Shown: positions 1 through 12,770 of the stretch, in pieces
Layout: every line of letters begins with the position of its first letter
Position numbering within the stretch: position 1 is the first letter of the stretch
Assembly: GCF_006345805.1 (NCBI RefSeq)
Contig: NC_042998.1
Coordinates: forward strand, 125,116,001-125,180,000
Source: Octopus sinensis
Taxonomy: Eukaryota
Reading direction: 5' to 3'
Length of the DNA stretch: 64,000 nucleotides
Made by a program: the position numbers and the translations under genes
The notes under the pieces: generated by a model
Databases searched by the model: none
What the model was told of the DNA's origin: nothing
What the model saw: the letters and a program-made list of their open reading frames with translations, nothing else

Positions 1-289
1 CCAAGAAACATACTTGAGAACCCTGTGCATACACACGCGCACGCGCGCGTACATATATAAATACATACACTTACAGAGGTGCACGCATACGTATAATAGA
101 TAAGATAAATATATCTACCAGTGTCTCCATGTACACACATATTCAAATATTGATATAATGAGTTTCAGTCTCATAGCTACAAACAGGCAAACATAAAGAC
201 TGCAGAGAATACCGAGAAGGTTTTATGCATATGATTGCAAACACACTGTCACACATAAGTACTCGCTTCCACTTTACGCTATTCTCTCT

Positions 290-302
290 CTATATATATA
301 TA

Positions 303-357
<55 letters not shown>

Positions 358-604
358 ATATGTATGTATGTATATATGTATCTATGTATATATATATATA
401 TGTATATATATATTTATGTATGTATATATGTATGTATGTATATATATATGTATGTATATATATATATGTATGTATGTATATATATATGTATGTATATATA
501 TATATATATATATGTATGTATATATGTATGTATGTATATATGTATGTATGTATATATATATGTATGTATATATATATATGTATGTATGTTTATATGTATG
601 TATG

Positions 605-637
<33 letters not shown>

Positions 638-686
638 GTATATATATATGTATGTATATATATATATATGTATGTATGTATATATG

Positions 687-722
<36 letters not shown>

Positions 723-770
723 CATGTATATATATATATACATGTATATATATATATATATATACACGCA
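290..770. repeat. (TA)n/(TATG)n compound microsatellite
   Basis: Directly visible. It explains the spurious YI/CM-rich ORFs at 225-1009. Confidence 0.97.
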
Positions 771-774
771 CATA

Positions 775-1157
775 TTCTTTTACTCTTTTACTTGTTTCAG
801 TCATTTGCTGGAGCTCCGCCTTTAGTGGAGCAAATCGAGCTCAGGAGTTATTCTTTGTAACCCTAGTACTTATTCTATCGGTCTTTTGCCGAACCGCTAA
901 GTTACGGGGACGTAAACACACAAGCATCGGCTGTCAAGCGATGTTGGGGGAACAAACACAGACACACAAACTTATACACACATATACATATATGTATACA
1001 TCTATATGACGGGCTTTCAGTTTCCGTCTACCAAATGCACCCACAAGGCTTTGGTTGACCCGAGGCTTAGAAGACACTTGCCCAAGGTGCTACACAGTGG
1101 GACTGAACCCGGAACCATGTGGTTCGTAAGCAAGCTACTTACCACAAAGCCACTCCT
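775..1157 (-). mobile_element. tRNA-derived SINE, family A (near full length)
   Basis: Minus strand starts GTGGCTTTGTGG (A box) ... GGTTCAGTCCC (B box) ... CACCTTGGGCAAGTGTCTTCT, followed by an internal microsatellite and the tail ...TGACTGAAACAAGTAAAAGAG. Homologous copies at 3635, 23277, 34585, 39185, 47978 and 51975. Confidence 0.85.
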
Positions 1158-1160
1158 ATG

Positions 1161-1214
<54 letters not shown>

Positions 1215-1229
1215 TGCAAAAACACTTGT

Positions 1230-1570
1230 TTTTAAAGGTGTGAATACCTGCTGGTTCTGACATACCTTTGATATATACATTAGGGCGGTCTTTCCTGCGG
1301 ATAAGCATTGTAAATGGTATTTAGAAACTATATTTTGTTCCTTCTGGGTAGAATGTAATGTATCTATTGTAGATCCAGGAGAGGCTACTCTTCTTGTCAA
1401 TGTCATTTCCATCTAGCTTACCGGATATGTACCCATGCATTGCTTTTTGTTGGTATGATGCCTGCTTCTCCTCCAAGTTTCTGTTTAGGTAAGCCAATCC
1501 ACCTTCCGTTGAGTCGCATGACACAGTTGTATTCTCAAAGTACCTGCACAGTAATTCTTCTCCAATTATT
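1230..1570 (-). pseudogene. Decayed R4/Dong-like non-LTR retrotransposon ORF fragment (post-RT region)
   Basis: Minus-strand peptides AMHGYISGKLDGNDIDKKSSLSWI and QKEQNIVSKY resemble the HG..-DK..S..WL-..QEQ.I.TK region of R4-clade ORFs. Frameshifted. Confidence 0.4.
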
Positions 1571-2513
1571 TTCATATCCATATTCTTACATACATGTACA
1601 TATACTCATCTTATCCAAGCACCTTATCCGCATCTTATCCAAGCACCCAAAAGACCCAACAGTCAGACTTATACGGGAGTACGTCCTTATAAATGAAACT
1701 TCCCCAATACTAAATAGGAAATATACATAGTAGATACCTCCATACCCACAGTTTACACAGGTTGAGTAGAATAGTTAGTAGACTGTTATGTAGATAGATG
1801 TGTGTGTGTGTGTGGGTATATATGTGTATATGCACATGTATGTAAGCATATGGATATGAAAATAAACAGATCAACATACACACGGATAGGCACATAGGTT
1901 ATATGAAGAGACAAGCACACATACACAAATGGAGACTACAACACATGACCATGTATACACACACACTTTACTTCACACAAGGACACATATGGAGACACGG
2001 GTCAACACATATCGAGATGCACATCCATACAAACAAACATGGTACATAGTTGCAAAACACACACACTCAGACATGCACACACAAGGAGACAGAGGTGCAT
2101 ACATATACAAACATACGCTCACACACACACATACATAAAAAATAAACAGACACGGACACGCAAGCACATGAATATGCAGTATACAAACATACATACAGAT
2201 GCACACACATACATACATATATACATATGCGCACACACATATATATACATACACACACATGCATACATACATTATATGCATGCATAGGCACACACACACT
2301 GATACACACACATGCGCACAAACAAACAAAAAGGAACACAGTGTAAATAACAGACAGAGTCAAGACTATTGCAAAGGTTGCAAGACGCAACGAAAATTTT
2401 AAGAAAATAAAGGTAAAATAAAAGAAAATAAGGTAAAATTGGAAATTTTACCGGTGGGTGTGTTAAATTATAAGGCACAAAAAGAAAATGACTCTCCTCA
2501 GACACAACAGAAT

Positions 2514-2519
<6 letters not shown>

Positions 2520-2561
<42 letters not shown>

Positions 2562-2845
2562 TACATATATATTATATATATATTGTATATATATATATAT
2601 ATATATATATTATAAATATTACATATATATTATATATATTGTATATATATATAAATATATATATTGTATATATTATAAATATTACATATATATTATATAT
2701 ATTGTATATATATATATATATTATATATATAAATATATATATTATATATATATTACATATATATTATATATATTATATGTATATATTATATATATATCAT
2801 ATATATATTATATATATTACATATATATTATATATATATATATAT
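2520..2845. repeat. (TA)n/(TATAT)n low-complexity tract
   Basis: Directly visible. Confidence 0.95.
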
Positions 2846-2849
2846 CATA

Positions 2850-3545
2850 GACATGTGATATATCGACTCAACCAACATCCCAAAGGTAACGAAAGGTCCT
2901 GCTTGAGAACAACACAGATGGAGATTGAAGAAAGGCTGCAACAATCCAATGTGTGGGACAAAGCAGACAAAGAAGCCTGGGTTATAAAAAACATGAAGTC
3001 AAACCCAAAGGCCTTCTTTCATTACACGAAAGAAACAGCCTCAGTACGCTGCGTGATAGGACCCCTCTTCTAAAAGGATGGCTCGCTCACAGACAGTCTA
3101 ACTAGCATCAGTGAGGTACTGAATGACCTGTTCGAAAGTTTCTTTACCACCCCGCTCGAACAGAGACAAGTGAACGAACCAGTGGACTTCTTTGCCGCCT
3201 CACCTATAACCAGCGAGGCAGTTGCGATGTAATACATCGACATTAGCGAAGAAGATATACTACTAGCCATAGATGAAGTGGACACAAACTCAACTGCTGG
3301 TCCTAATGGTTTCCCAGCAATCCTCCTCAAATCGTGTAAGCATGCCCTGGCAAAACCCCTCCAGATTCTCTTCCAGAGCTTTCTTGCAAATGGCAAACTG
3401 CCAAGCAAGCTGAAGGAGGGAATAATATGCCCAATCCATAAAGGGGGAAGCAGAGCAGATGCCAAAAACTATAGGCCTATCTCTCTGACTTAACACATCA
3501 GCAAAGTCATGAAGCGAATTGTCAGAGGGAAACTAATCGCATTCC
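2850..3545 (+). pseudogene. CR1-clade LINE ORF2 fragment (linker to RT start)
   Basis: IKNMKSNPKAFFHY ... TAGPNGFPAILLK ... ICPIHKGGSRADAKNYRPISLT*HISKVMKR, with in-frame stops. Paralogous to 15264-16000. Confidence 0.88.
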
Positions 3546-3634
3546 ATCGAGCCGACCAAATAATTTTGAGTGAATTTGTTAGATAGAAACTGCAAGAAGC
3601 ATGTCGTATTTACATATACTTATATTTATTTATG

Positions 3635-3817
3635 TGTTAGTGTGTTTGTGTTTGTCCCTCCACCATTGTTTGACAACCGATGCTGGTGTGTTTACGTACC
3701 CATAATCTAGCGGTTCGGCTAAAGCGACCGATAGAATAAGTCCTGAGGTCGATTTGTTAGGCTAAAGGCGGTATCCCAGCAAGGCCGCAATCAAATGACT
3801 GAAACAAATAAAAGAAT
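3635..3817 (+). mobile_element. SINE family A, 3' half
   Basis: GACAACCGATGCTGGTGTGTTTACGT...GCGGTTCGGC...GGCGGTATCCCAGCAAGGCCGCAATCAAATGACTGAAAC matches the reverse complement of 775-960. Confidence 0.8.
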
Positions 3818-5618
3818 ACGCTTTATTTGTGGCTCCCTCGCAAACATTAATGGCAACATGTGTGTAACGCATTTGCTTAGTCGGGTCATCGACGACTAAA
3901 CCTAGATAATCCCACGAAAGTTGGCTTCTGGAGGACAGGGAAGTTTACACAGCCTGTGGGAGTAAAAACAGAAAGCTAATCAAATTGTGGATGAACTCAG
4001 AAGAGAAATAGCCATCCAGTATTCTGTCATTGTAACTTAGAGGTTTGGCAAATAGGTTGTAACTGAATAAGTACAACCTTCAAGGTGTTACACGAGCATA
4101 ACCGCAAACAGATTACTAATACAAATATAGGAAGGCCAATATACATCGTATCGTTAAAATGTGAGTCATTTGTACTTTTGCGCGGTTAGATGAGGGATTT
4201 AATTTATGTTTCTTTCTCTGTGTAAATCTAATTATTTGAGAGACATGATTAATAAAGTCGAATTCATAAATTTTTTCTCAAACACAATTTCACATAAGAA
4301 TAAAGGAATTCTTATCTTATTTCGTGTTCTTGTGACATTGATAGTTACCTTTTTCTGGCACATATGTTTTTTCCATCAAGAATATTGCCTTTTGGCTATT
4401 TCGTACTTGACATTTTCATATAGAAAATTCTATGCCTCTTTTCTTAACTTAATTTTATCGATAAGTATTTTTTCTCTGTTTTTGAAATATTTTTCTTTAT
4501 TTTTTTTGTTTTTGTTTTAACTATTGATCTCCAATAGCGACTCGTTGACTATTCCGAAAGTAAACTGTCATTGTGCTTCAAATACTTTAGCAGTCTGATT
4601 TTTATTGTCTAAAATTTTCTACATTCTATACGTTTTAAGGGGAAATTTTTTCATTACTGTTTGATTTTTGGTTTTGTTTTCTGTCATGAATAATTTTTAC
4701 TGTTAGAGAGTTTACAAACACGCGCGCGCGCAATGCATACACACCCATATCCACATATGCACACAGACATACACACACGTTTATATGCATGTGTACATAT
4801 GTATATATATATATATGTTTCTTAACATTAATATAACTTTTATACTTAATTTTATAGAAGTCTCTAAATAACGCTATATCTCACTTTTTACACAATATAT
4901 ATTTATAGCTATATATGTGCGTGTTTGTAAGCATGTATGCATGTACGTACGTACATATTTATGTATGTATGTATGTATGTATGTATGTATGTATGCATTA
5001 TGTATGTGGTTGAGGGCAAATACTGAATCCTACAGGCAATAAATTCTTAATTTACTAAAGTGCCCCTTTTTTGATAAAGGTAAACAAAAACCAGCTGAGA
5101 ATTATTTGTAGCACTGTCTTGTTTTCAAGAAATTAAGAATTTATTTTTTCATTGCTTGAGAAAAAGAGCAATTTGATTTTTATTTGGGGATACGGAACAA
5201 CATTGCACGTAGCGTTTCGGTCTTTATTTGATCTCATCGTTAGAGTATAGTCCTATCTTCACATCAGTTTTAGATGTTTTTATATTTACCACAATAGTTA
5301 AGTCCATTTTTGGTGGCGTAGGTAAGACAGTCAAGAGTAGTTTGCACAGTGAAAATATTTTCTTATACATAAAAACGTCCTAAAAACTTATCTGAAGCCA
5401 AAGTTACTATTACACTATACAGATTCCACCATATTGTGAGCGAAATACTGTATTCACGGTTGTCGTTATACGCCAAACAAATATTAGACACCTATTTTTT
5501 AAATAATTTATTCAGTAAGGCACTCAGTAACTCCCAGTTTAGATTAATTATCTCTACTCATCTTATTGAACCCTTTGAGCTATTTCTTCTTAGCCCCTCC
5601 TATAACTTCTAATATATA

Positions 5619-6009
5619 TGTCGTTAACCAGCTGGGAAAGACGTTTTCCTGGGGTTAAAATTAAGTAACATAGTTCTTTGTAGAACAGCCATCTAGTATT
5701 GTCACTGCTTATGTCTCGTTTAGAGATTTTAGAACTAACTATTTTGCTCCTTACGAGATCAGTGCCGCTTCTCTTTTTATATATTGTGAGTAGGGACGTG
5801 TGACTGCTATCCGTAGCAGACAAGTGCCGAGTACAGTTGAAGGGTGACGACCCACAAACCATGGTCTACTGATCTTGCCAAGCTGGAGGGTAGTGATTTG
5901 CTCCTTTACTTACAATGTATCGGACACAGGTTGTGTGTCATTAACCAGCTGGAAAAGACGTTTACCTGGGGTTAAAATTTCATAATATTGTTCTTTATAG
6001 AACAGCCAT
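5619..6009. repeat. 74-bp imperfect direct repeats (5619-5692 and 5936-6009), 317-bp period
   Basis: TGTCRTTAACCAGCTGGRAAAGACGTTTWCCTGGGGTTAAAATT...AGAACAGCCAT occurs twice. Confidence 0.85.
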
Positions 6010-6026
6010 GTCATAGTGGCCAAAAA

Positions 6027-6109
6027 ACGTTACCGTTTAGTATTGTTACTACTTATATATATTATATATATATATATATATAAGTAGTAACAATACTAAA
6101 CGGTAACGT
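6027..6109. repeat. Palindrome with perfect ~27-bp arms around (TA)n
   Basis: ACGTTACCGTTTAGTATTGTTACTACT ... AGTAGTAACAATACTAAACGGTAACGT. Confidence 0.9.
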
Positions 6110-6133
6110 GTATGCCTGTGTGCATATATATAT

Positions 6134-6178
<45 letters not shown>

Positions 6179-6182
<4 letters not shown>

Positions 6183-6514
6183 GTTCGTCGACTTTTATAT
6201 ATATATATTTCCTTGTGTAGTTTGTCTTGTACTCTGGCTTTTTTTCGTTTAGGTCCGTTTCCAAGTTTGTTTTTACGTTTTCGTTTCTCGTTGAGTTCTA
6301 CGTCTATTTGTGGTGTCCTGTACTCACGTATATATATCTATATATGCATGTATATATACATGTAGATGTAGGTATGTACATATATGTATGTATGCATATA
6401 TTTTATTTATTACACTATTGTATGACTGAGCGCCCTCGCGTCGATTCGATTCGTTTTCGTTTCGTTTCAGCTCCTCCAAGTAAGTTTTGTTATATATATA
6501 TACACGTTCGTCGA

Positions 6515-6549
<35 letters not shown>

Positions 6550-6560
6550 GTTCGTCGACT
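6179..6560. repeat. Partial-tandem repeat with the motif ACACGTTCGTCGACT three times among (TA)n
   Basis: Motif seen at ~6179, ~6502 and ~6545. Confidence 0.7.
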
Positions 6561-6719
6561 ATGAAAGGCCTTCGAGAGTGTCTAAACGGACGCTGTACTT
6601 GAAATGTCTGAAAATGCAAGGAAGCACAATACTCCAAACTGCTTAGAAATTCGAACTACGGATGCACCACCGATAGACCTCTACTTGCGATACCCGTAAA
6701 AACCTTCAACTGAATAGAG

Positions 6720-6960
6720 AGTCAAACAAGGAGATACCATCTCTCCAACAAATCTAGAAATGTTCATCCGAAACATTGACAAAACTGAACACGTGACCAT
6801 TAACGGCGTCCTATCAATACACTTCTTATTTGCAGATGGCATCAAACCCATTGACGAAACCACAGTACAGCTGTAAAACATGGTGATAGACATGAATACC
6901 CGTAGCTCAGCAGTAGGCCTTAAGATGAACCGCATGAAAACCAAATGCATGTGGTCCGGA
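6720..6960 (+). pseudogene. RTE-clade LINE RT fragment
   Basis: KQGDTISP...HFLFADG...GLKMNRMKTKCM matches RTE RT motifs QGD.ISP, L.FADD and GL.MN..KTK.M. Confidence 0.75.
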
Positions 6961-7049
6961 GACGTATCACAAGACCGAATAGAGGCGAGAAGCTGAAATT
7001 TCACGAAGAATGAGGGCAAGAAGTGCTCAATGCAATGTTGGTTAAGACC

Positions 7050-7500
7050 CAACGTTCTTCAATGTCAGTGTCCTACATGCGCTTTTACACGCAAGTGAGA
7101 CAACGGCCATGCACCAGTGGGAGTTGAGAGGTCCCAAGTCTTTTAGACATCTCTCTTTTGTAACACCTGCGATTTCGTTTGTATCCAATGATGCAGAGTA
7201 ATTATTCTTTTGAGGGAAATGCATACGTTGTTTAGAGAGTGGGGTTGGCTCTATGCGAGGCCTTTCCTGACTTTAAAAGCTTCAGGCACAGCCATCGCTT
7301 GATGTTTAACGTTTCTATTACCATCTCTATTGTGCTGCATATTATGGCTGACTATAACCAAAAACAAGGCAAAACACTCAATGGTAGATTCCGTGATGAA
7401 ATGAAGGTACGTGCAAGCGTACATAGTAAGCTGTCTGAACAACTCCTGCAAGAAGCGTCCATCATTGCCACATCTGTGCAAAAGAGTATAGGCCACTATC
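7050..7500 (-). pseudogene. Possible highly decayed LINE RT/thumb fragment
   Basis: Minus peptides VTKERCLKDLG..SHWCMAVVSLACKS and AFKVRKGLA*SQPHSL weakly resemble EKDLGV..H..VV.KA and F.V..GVPQGS. Weak. Confidence 0.25.
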
Positions 7501-9709
7501 CGGAGTGAGGTGTTGTTCGTGTATAAGAGACAAATGAAGCGGTAGCACAACTTGAAATCGAGTTGCAGGTATTAATATGTATACATCTATGTATATAGGT
7601 ATAGTGTTATCTATCCTGCTTGCAGAATGATATCTATGTTTTCATTTGAAATCATATTAATGGTATTGCTTATCTATGAAATAATATCTTTTTACATTTT
7701 TATTAAATAATATAATATGGAATATTATCTCTGTTTATGAAATTATATCTATGTGTTATTCTGGAGTTGTTTTTTGTTCTCTATCTCTCTTTCATTTTCA
7801 ATTATATCTATGTTATCGCTTATGTGTATTGTTTTAAATGATATTTATTTTATTTTTTTAACTACGTTATTTTAAAAAATGAAAATAAATGTAATGTTTG
7901 TGACGATGACTATCAGCACATGCTGAATTGGCATTTATGTATGAATATGTTCAATGAGACTTTATCATTTTTATAACGACACCTATCAAAAGATCACATG
8001 GACTGCAGCTTCTAAAGAAACTAAATTTTAACAGCATTTAGCGACTGAATACTTACCAATGTAAGGTTAGTCATACATTTGGCGTTTTTGTTTCTCGTGC
8101 CAAAATGCTTTTAAAAGGAAACTAGACAATCAACTCTCGAGTCCACGAGTTACTTCAGGATGATGTGCCAAAACGATTACAATCAGTAAATACCATTCTC
8201 ATAATGCACATACACAACGCTTTCGACTAGCCTCCAGAAGTGAAGATTTGTCTACTAATGAGTTGGTATTTAGTTTGAGAAAAGTATGTAATAAGTTTTA
8301 TCATTGTACAATACTTAATCATCTATAAGAACTGAAATAAAATTTGGCCAACATCCTAGAAATTGTAGATCTTAACGATATTGAGGGGAAAATGTTTTTC
8401 ATTTCTGTTAAGTTATTGACTATGTATGGAATTAGACATTCCAAACAAATATTTGCAATATTATGTAATATAGGTAGCTTTGTTACTTGAATGTCCTAAA
8501 TGTTCATGTCGTTAATCTTTTAGCAGAAAAACGCTTATGCTCATAGAGAATTAACCATAATCCCTATACATTTGAGATACAGTGGCTAAAATGCTCCTTC
8601 CACAGTGTAATTGCTTTCAACCGATCCATACTTTCCAAGGGATTATATGGTTAAATAATATAACCAATTTTAGTCACTGATTTCTTTTAAATTGTTATGG
8701 AATGAAAACTTCCTTAAGATATATGTCTAACAGAGAAGTTTGTTCAAATACGCCGTTTGCATGCGTAGCCCTTTGCATCAAAGTCAGTCAGAAGTCATTC
8801 AATTCCGCTAAGTAGTCCATTTGCAGGTGGGCCATATTCACAAAAAGCAGATTCATCAACCTTGCATTGATATTGATATGTTTACAAATACAATCAAAGA
8901 TTAAATTTCAGGAAACATATAACTATATAAATGCCCAGCACGGGTACCAGTATTTGAATGTTTGAATGCCACTGTATATTCAAAACGCTTCTAGCATGTG
9001 GAGTGATTTTATTGAAGGTCAGCTTCAAACTGCGCTTATATAATGTACAGGATCTACACGATACTATGATTGCCTGACATGTCAGTTTCATGCACATATA
9101 CATAAAACAGTTGGAGGAACTATATATAATAAATTATATTCAGAATGCTTTAATGGGATTTTTTTATTATTATATGAATGCATGAATATAAGTTGTTCGT
9201 GTATTTAACTGCGTGGTTAAATAATAATGGGAAAAATAATGCTAAATTTTGACAAAATAGTTCCATGAGTAATAAAAAAAATATCTGTCGTGATAGATTT
9301 TTACTATATGTAATGCTCACAATAAATTATTTGGCCATAGCTGAAAAATAAGAGTTGAATATAGATTTCAAAGCTAAAATATAAATTAGATACGTTCCAA
9401 AAATATACATACAGATTATGTAGATTTCAAATATCTAAACTGAAAGATCGCCTAAGAGGTTTCCTTTACCTTTTATAGTTTTTCTGTAGAAGCAGGGAAA
9501 TCGATATTCATCTCCTATTCTTGCCGGTGGAACTTTTGTCTACCGTCGCAATTTAGGTTATAATTGCCTCTTTATATTTTTTGTCCTCACTCCCTTTACC
9601 TTCGGCATAGCAGCCTTCCGCATAAGCTAAATTGAGATGCATTCATTTAGCAAATGTGAAAGTTTAAAACTGATAAGAATGAATGAGTGCAAGAATGAAA
9701 AACAGAGAT

Positions 9710-9754
<45 letters not shown>

Positions 9755-10489
9755 GTGTGTGTTCATGTGTGTGTGTATGTGATAAAAAGAGAGAGAGAGA
9801 CAGAGACAGAGAGAGAGAGAAGAGTGCAAGTATCCTGTATAATTTGATGGCAGTCTGTAAGAATTCCTGAGAGAGGACTAGAATTTAATTGCGTTAATCC
9901 AAGAGTACGAATAGAATCCAGTGATCTGTGAAATAGAAATGAAAGGTTCCCAACCCTTTTATTTAAATTAGTTTTCTCACGGACCCCTTTCGATATGCTT
10001 GTCCTTACGTATATATATGATTAACAAAGCTGAAAATAAAGTGATAACAGAATATAGTTATGAGCTTAGCGCTTGATAAATACAGGAATTTCAAGCTTAA
10101 TTTTTTTCTTCGGAAAGATAGAAAGAGATAAAAGGATAGAAAGAGAAAAAAATGAAAATGAAAGAGAGTATTGGAGATCCTGAAAAACACTTGAAGCAGA
10201 CTGCGATTATTTTCTAACCCTTCGTTTCATTCTTTACTTCCGAAGAAGAACTTAAACCCGAAACGTAAAAGACGTATCAACTTCCTTTTCCTGGGCATTA
10301 AACTAACTACTGCATTGTGTTTCTCAATTTGCTTTTCATGTCATTGCACCTATAATTTATATATAAGAGGGAGAGAGAGATACATACATACATACATACA
10401 TACATACATACATACATACATACATGCATACACATATACATACAAAAATGAAGATATTTATGTCAAACATGTCAAAATTTACCAAAATT

Positions 10490-10933
10490 TATAAATCTCT
10501 TGTAACCAAATAGAACGGAGTGTCCTTCTCCACCTGTGAAGGATAAGGAAAGGCAAGAGAGTGAGAAAGTGGTTGGTGCTCCACTGCCCATGGAGGCTGA
10601 GGAAAAGCACAAGAAGGAGAGTGAAGCAGCACCATAGAAAAAGACCAGTACCAGCGTCGAGGAAGAGGAGATAAACACCAGCTGGGAAATGGCGGGGAAA
10701 AAGAGAAAGAAGAGAGGAAAGAGGACACACGTGGTAAAGGACAACCCCCAACCCACACCCACCCGGCTCCCACTCACACACACTCTACCCCAACCACCCC
10801 TAGAGACAACAACCCTTCTCATACCCCGCCTGACATAAACAGAAGCACAAACTCACAGGAGTCCCAAATTTCCCCACCCCGGTCCATAGATAAATTTGTT
10901 ATATTATATAACAGGAATAAAGAACTTTGCGAC

Positions 10934-10940
<7 letters not shown>
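10490..10940 (+). pseudogene. Probable Tx1/L1 ORF1 C-terminal fragment
   Basis: One frame reads ..SVEEEEINTSWEMAGKKRKKRGKR..PQPTPTRLPL.., the same architecture as DSNKGEWNIVPPKKKRRKK..PLLPLPQT in the Tx1 ORF1 at ~56400. Confidence 0.4.
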
Positions 10941-10997
<57 letters not shown>

Positions 10998-10999
10998 CA

Positions 11000-11520
11000 C
11001 AGTGGCCCAAAAATAAGTATACAATCTATTTACAATTTACAATATTTAATCTCGTTAATGCTCGTACTGTCTTCCAATGTGAAGTACACTGTCCAGTGAA
11101 GGTGTTGTAGAACCTGTTTTCGTTGATGAAATAATAGATAGTAACTATTACCTAAAAATGTTGCGCGGCAAGGTAGTTCCACAACTCACACCCACAGCTA
11201 ATTTCTCTAAACTGTTTTTGCAATAAGACGGAGCACCTAGTCATTATTCTTTGACAGTAAGGGTCTACATTGATAGCACCTTCCCACAACATTTTATTGG
11301 ATGACGTGACGACATCGAATGACCAACACGTTCATCGAACTTAACCCCGATTGCCTTCTTTGTGAGTGGCGGAGTAAAGAATAAAATCTATGGGAGAAAG
11401 GCCCAGACAGTAGACGAAGTAGAACAGTTAATCTCGGAAGTATTTATTGACATAGATGCAGATCGGAATTTGTGTCTTACTCTTACTGTATGTCACAGTT
11501 TGGAAGAGATCTGCGGAATG
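11000..11520 (+). mobile_element. Tc1/mariner (maT/DD37D-like) transposase relic
   Basis: From ~11098: VEPVFVDE..YLKML..FLQ*DGAPSHY..FPQHFIG..E*PTRSSNLTP.AFF..GVKNKIY, matching QQDGAPPH / WPPRSPDLTPLDFFLWG. A CAGTGG TIR-like start lies at 11000. Confidence 0.7.
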
Positions 11521-12156
11521 ATGCACAGTTGATATATGTAGTAACATTTTTTTTAATTCACAGCTCAGTGGAGCAATCTCGGCACTCCGTTCTCTTTGAC
11601 TGTGAGTTCAAGTCTACTCATACACACTTCTCACTGATATCAAACTGATGTTGTTTAGTAGAGCATATTATGATTTGTTAGAGCTCTACCGACGCAGAAT
11701 GATATTGTTGATAGATTATGTATTCGATTTCCTTCCACAATTTTGTTTACTTCTTGGCGTAAAGATAAAAGTGATAACACTCTCGGGGTAGAGGAGGAGA
11801 TAAATGTATGACAAAGAATATAGTTTATGAAGTTTTCAGTGATGTTTTCTCCTAAGACTGCACTTTCAGTGCTCCCATGGGGGTTTTGAATAATCTCTGC
11901 GATCAAACAAACTCATCTGGAAAATACAATTTCAAAAGCAATTACGTATTTCATTGTTCTCATGCAGTCTATTAGTTTTGAAAATAATCATAGAATTTTC
12001 TCGGGCATTGTTGGTATTATTTTTAAACTTAAATACGAAGAGACAGACATAAAATGAGAAACTAAGAAACAGTGAAAACAAGGATGAATACACGTGTATT
12101 ACTGAATGTGTTTGAGTTACATATGGATGTGTGTGCGCGTATGTTTGTGTACATGA

Positions 12157-12159
<3 letters not shown>

Positions 12160-12242
<83 letters not shown>

Positions 12243-12575
12243 GTATGTATAATATATATATATATAATATATGTATATATATATATGTATATATATATGT
12301 ATATATATATAGTATATATATATGTATATATATATACGTATATATATGTATATATATATACGTATATATATATATATCTATATATATATATATATATATA
12401 GTATATATATATACGTATATGTATATATATATACGTATATATATATATGATGTATGTATATGTATATATATATATGTATGTAATATATGTGTATATATAT
12501 ATGATATATATATATGTATATATATATATATGTGGTATATTATATATAGGGTATATATATATGTATATATATATG

Positions 12576-12609
<34 letters not shown>

Positions 12610-12699
12610 TGTAATATATATATATATATATGTATATATATATGTATATATATATATATAATATGTATTATGTATTATATGTATGTATATATGTATATG

Positions 12700-12762
<63 letters not shown>

Positions 12763-12770
12763 TGTATATA
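12160..12770. repeat. ~600-bp (TA)n/(TATG)n microsatellite
   Basis: Directly visible. Confidence 0.97.

Noticed and set aside
225-1009. Long YI/CM/HT/CV-repeat ORFs here and at 11932-12824, 18345-19637, 31678-32151, 35713-36260, 46161-46424 and elsewhere
   Set aside because: They are translations of (TA)n, (TATG)n or (CA)n microsatellites, which lack stop codons in some frames. They are not genes.
7239-7508. 89-aa plus-strand ORF with nearby GT donor-like sites as a possible host exon
   Set aside because: No recognisable domain and no partner exons. The opposite strand shows weak LINE similarity.
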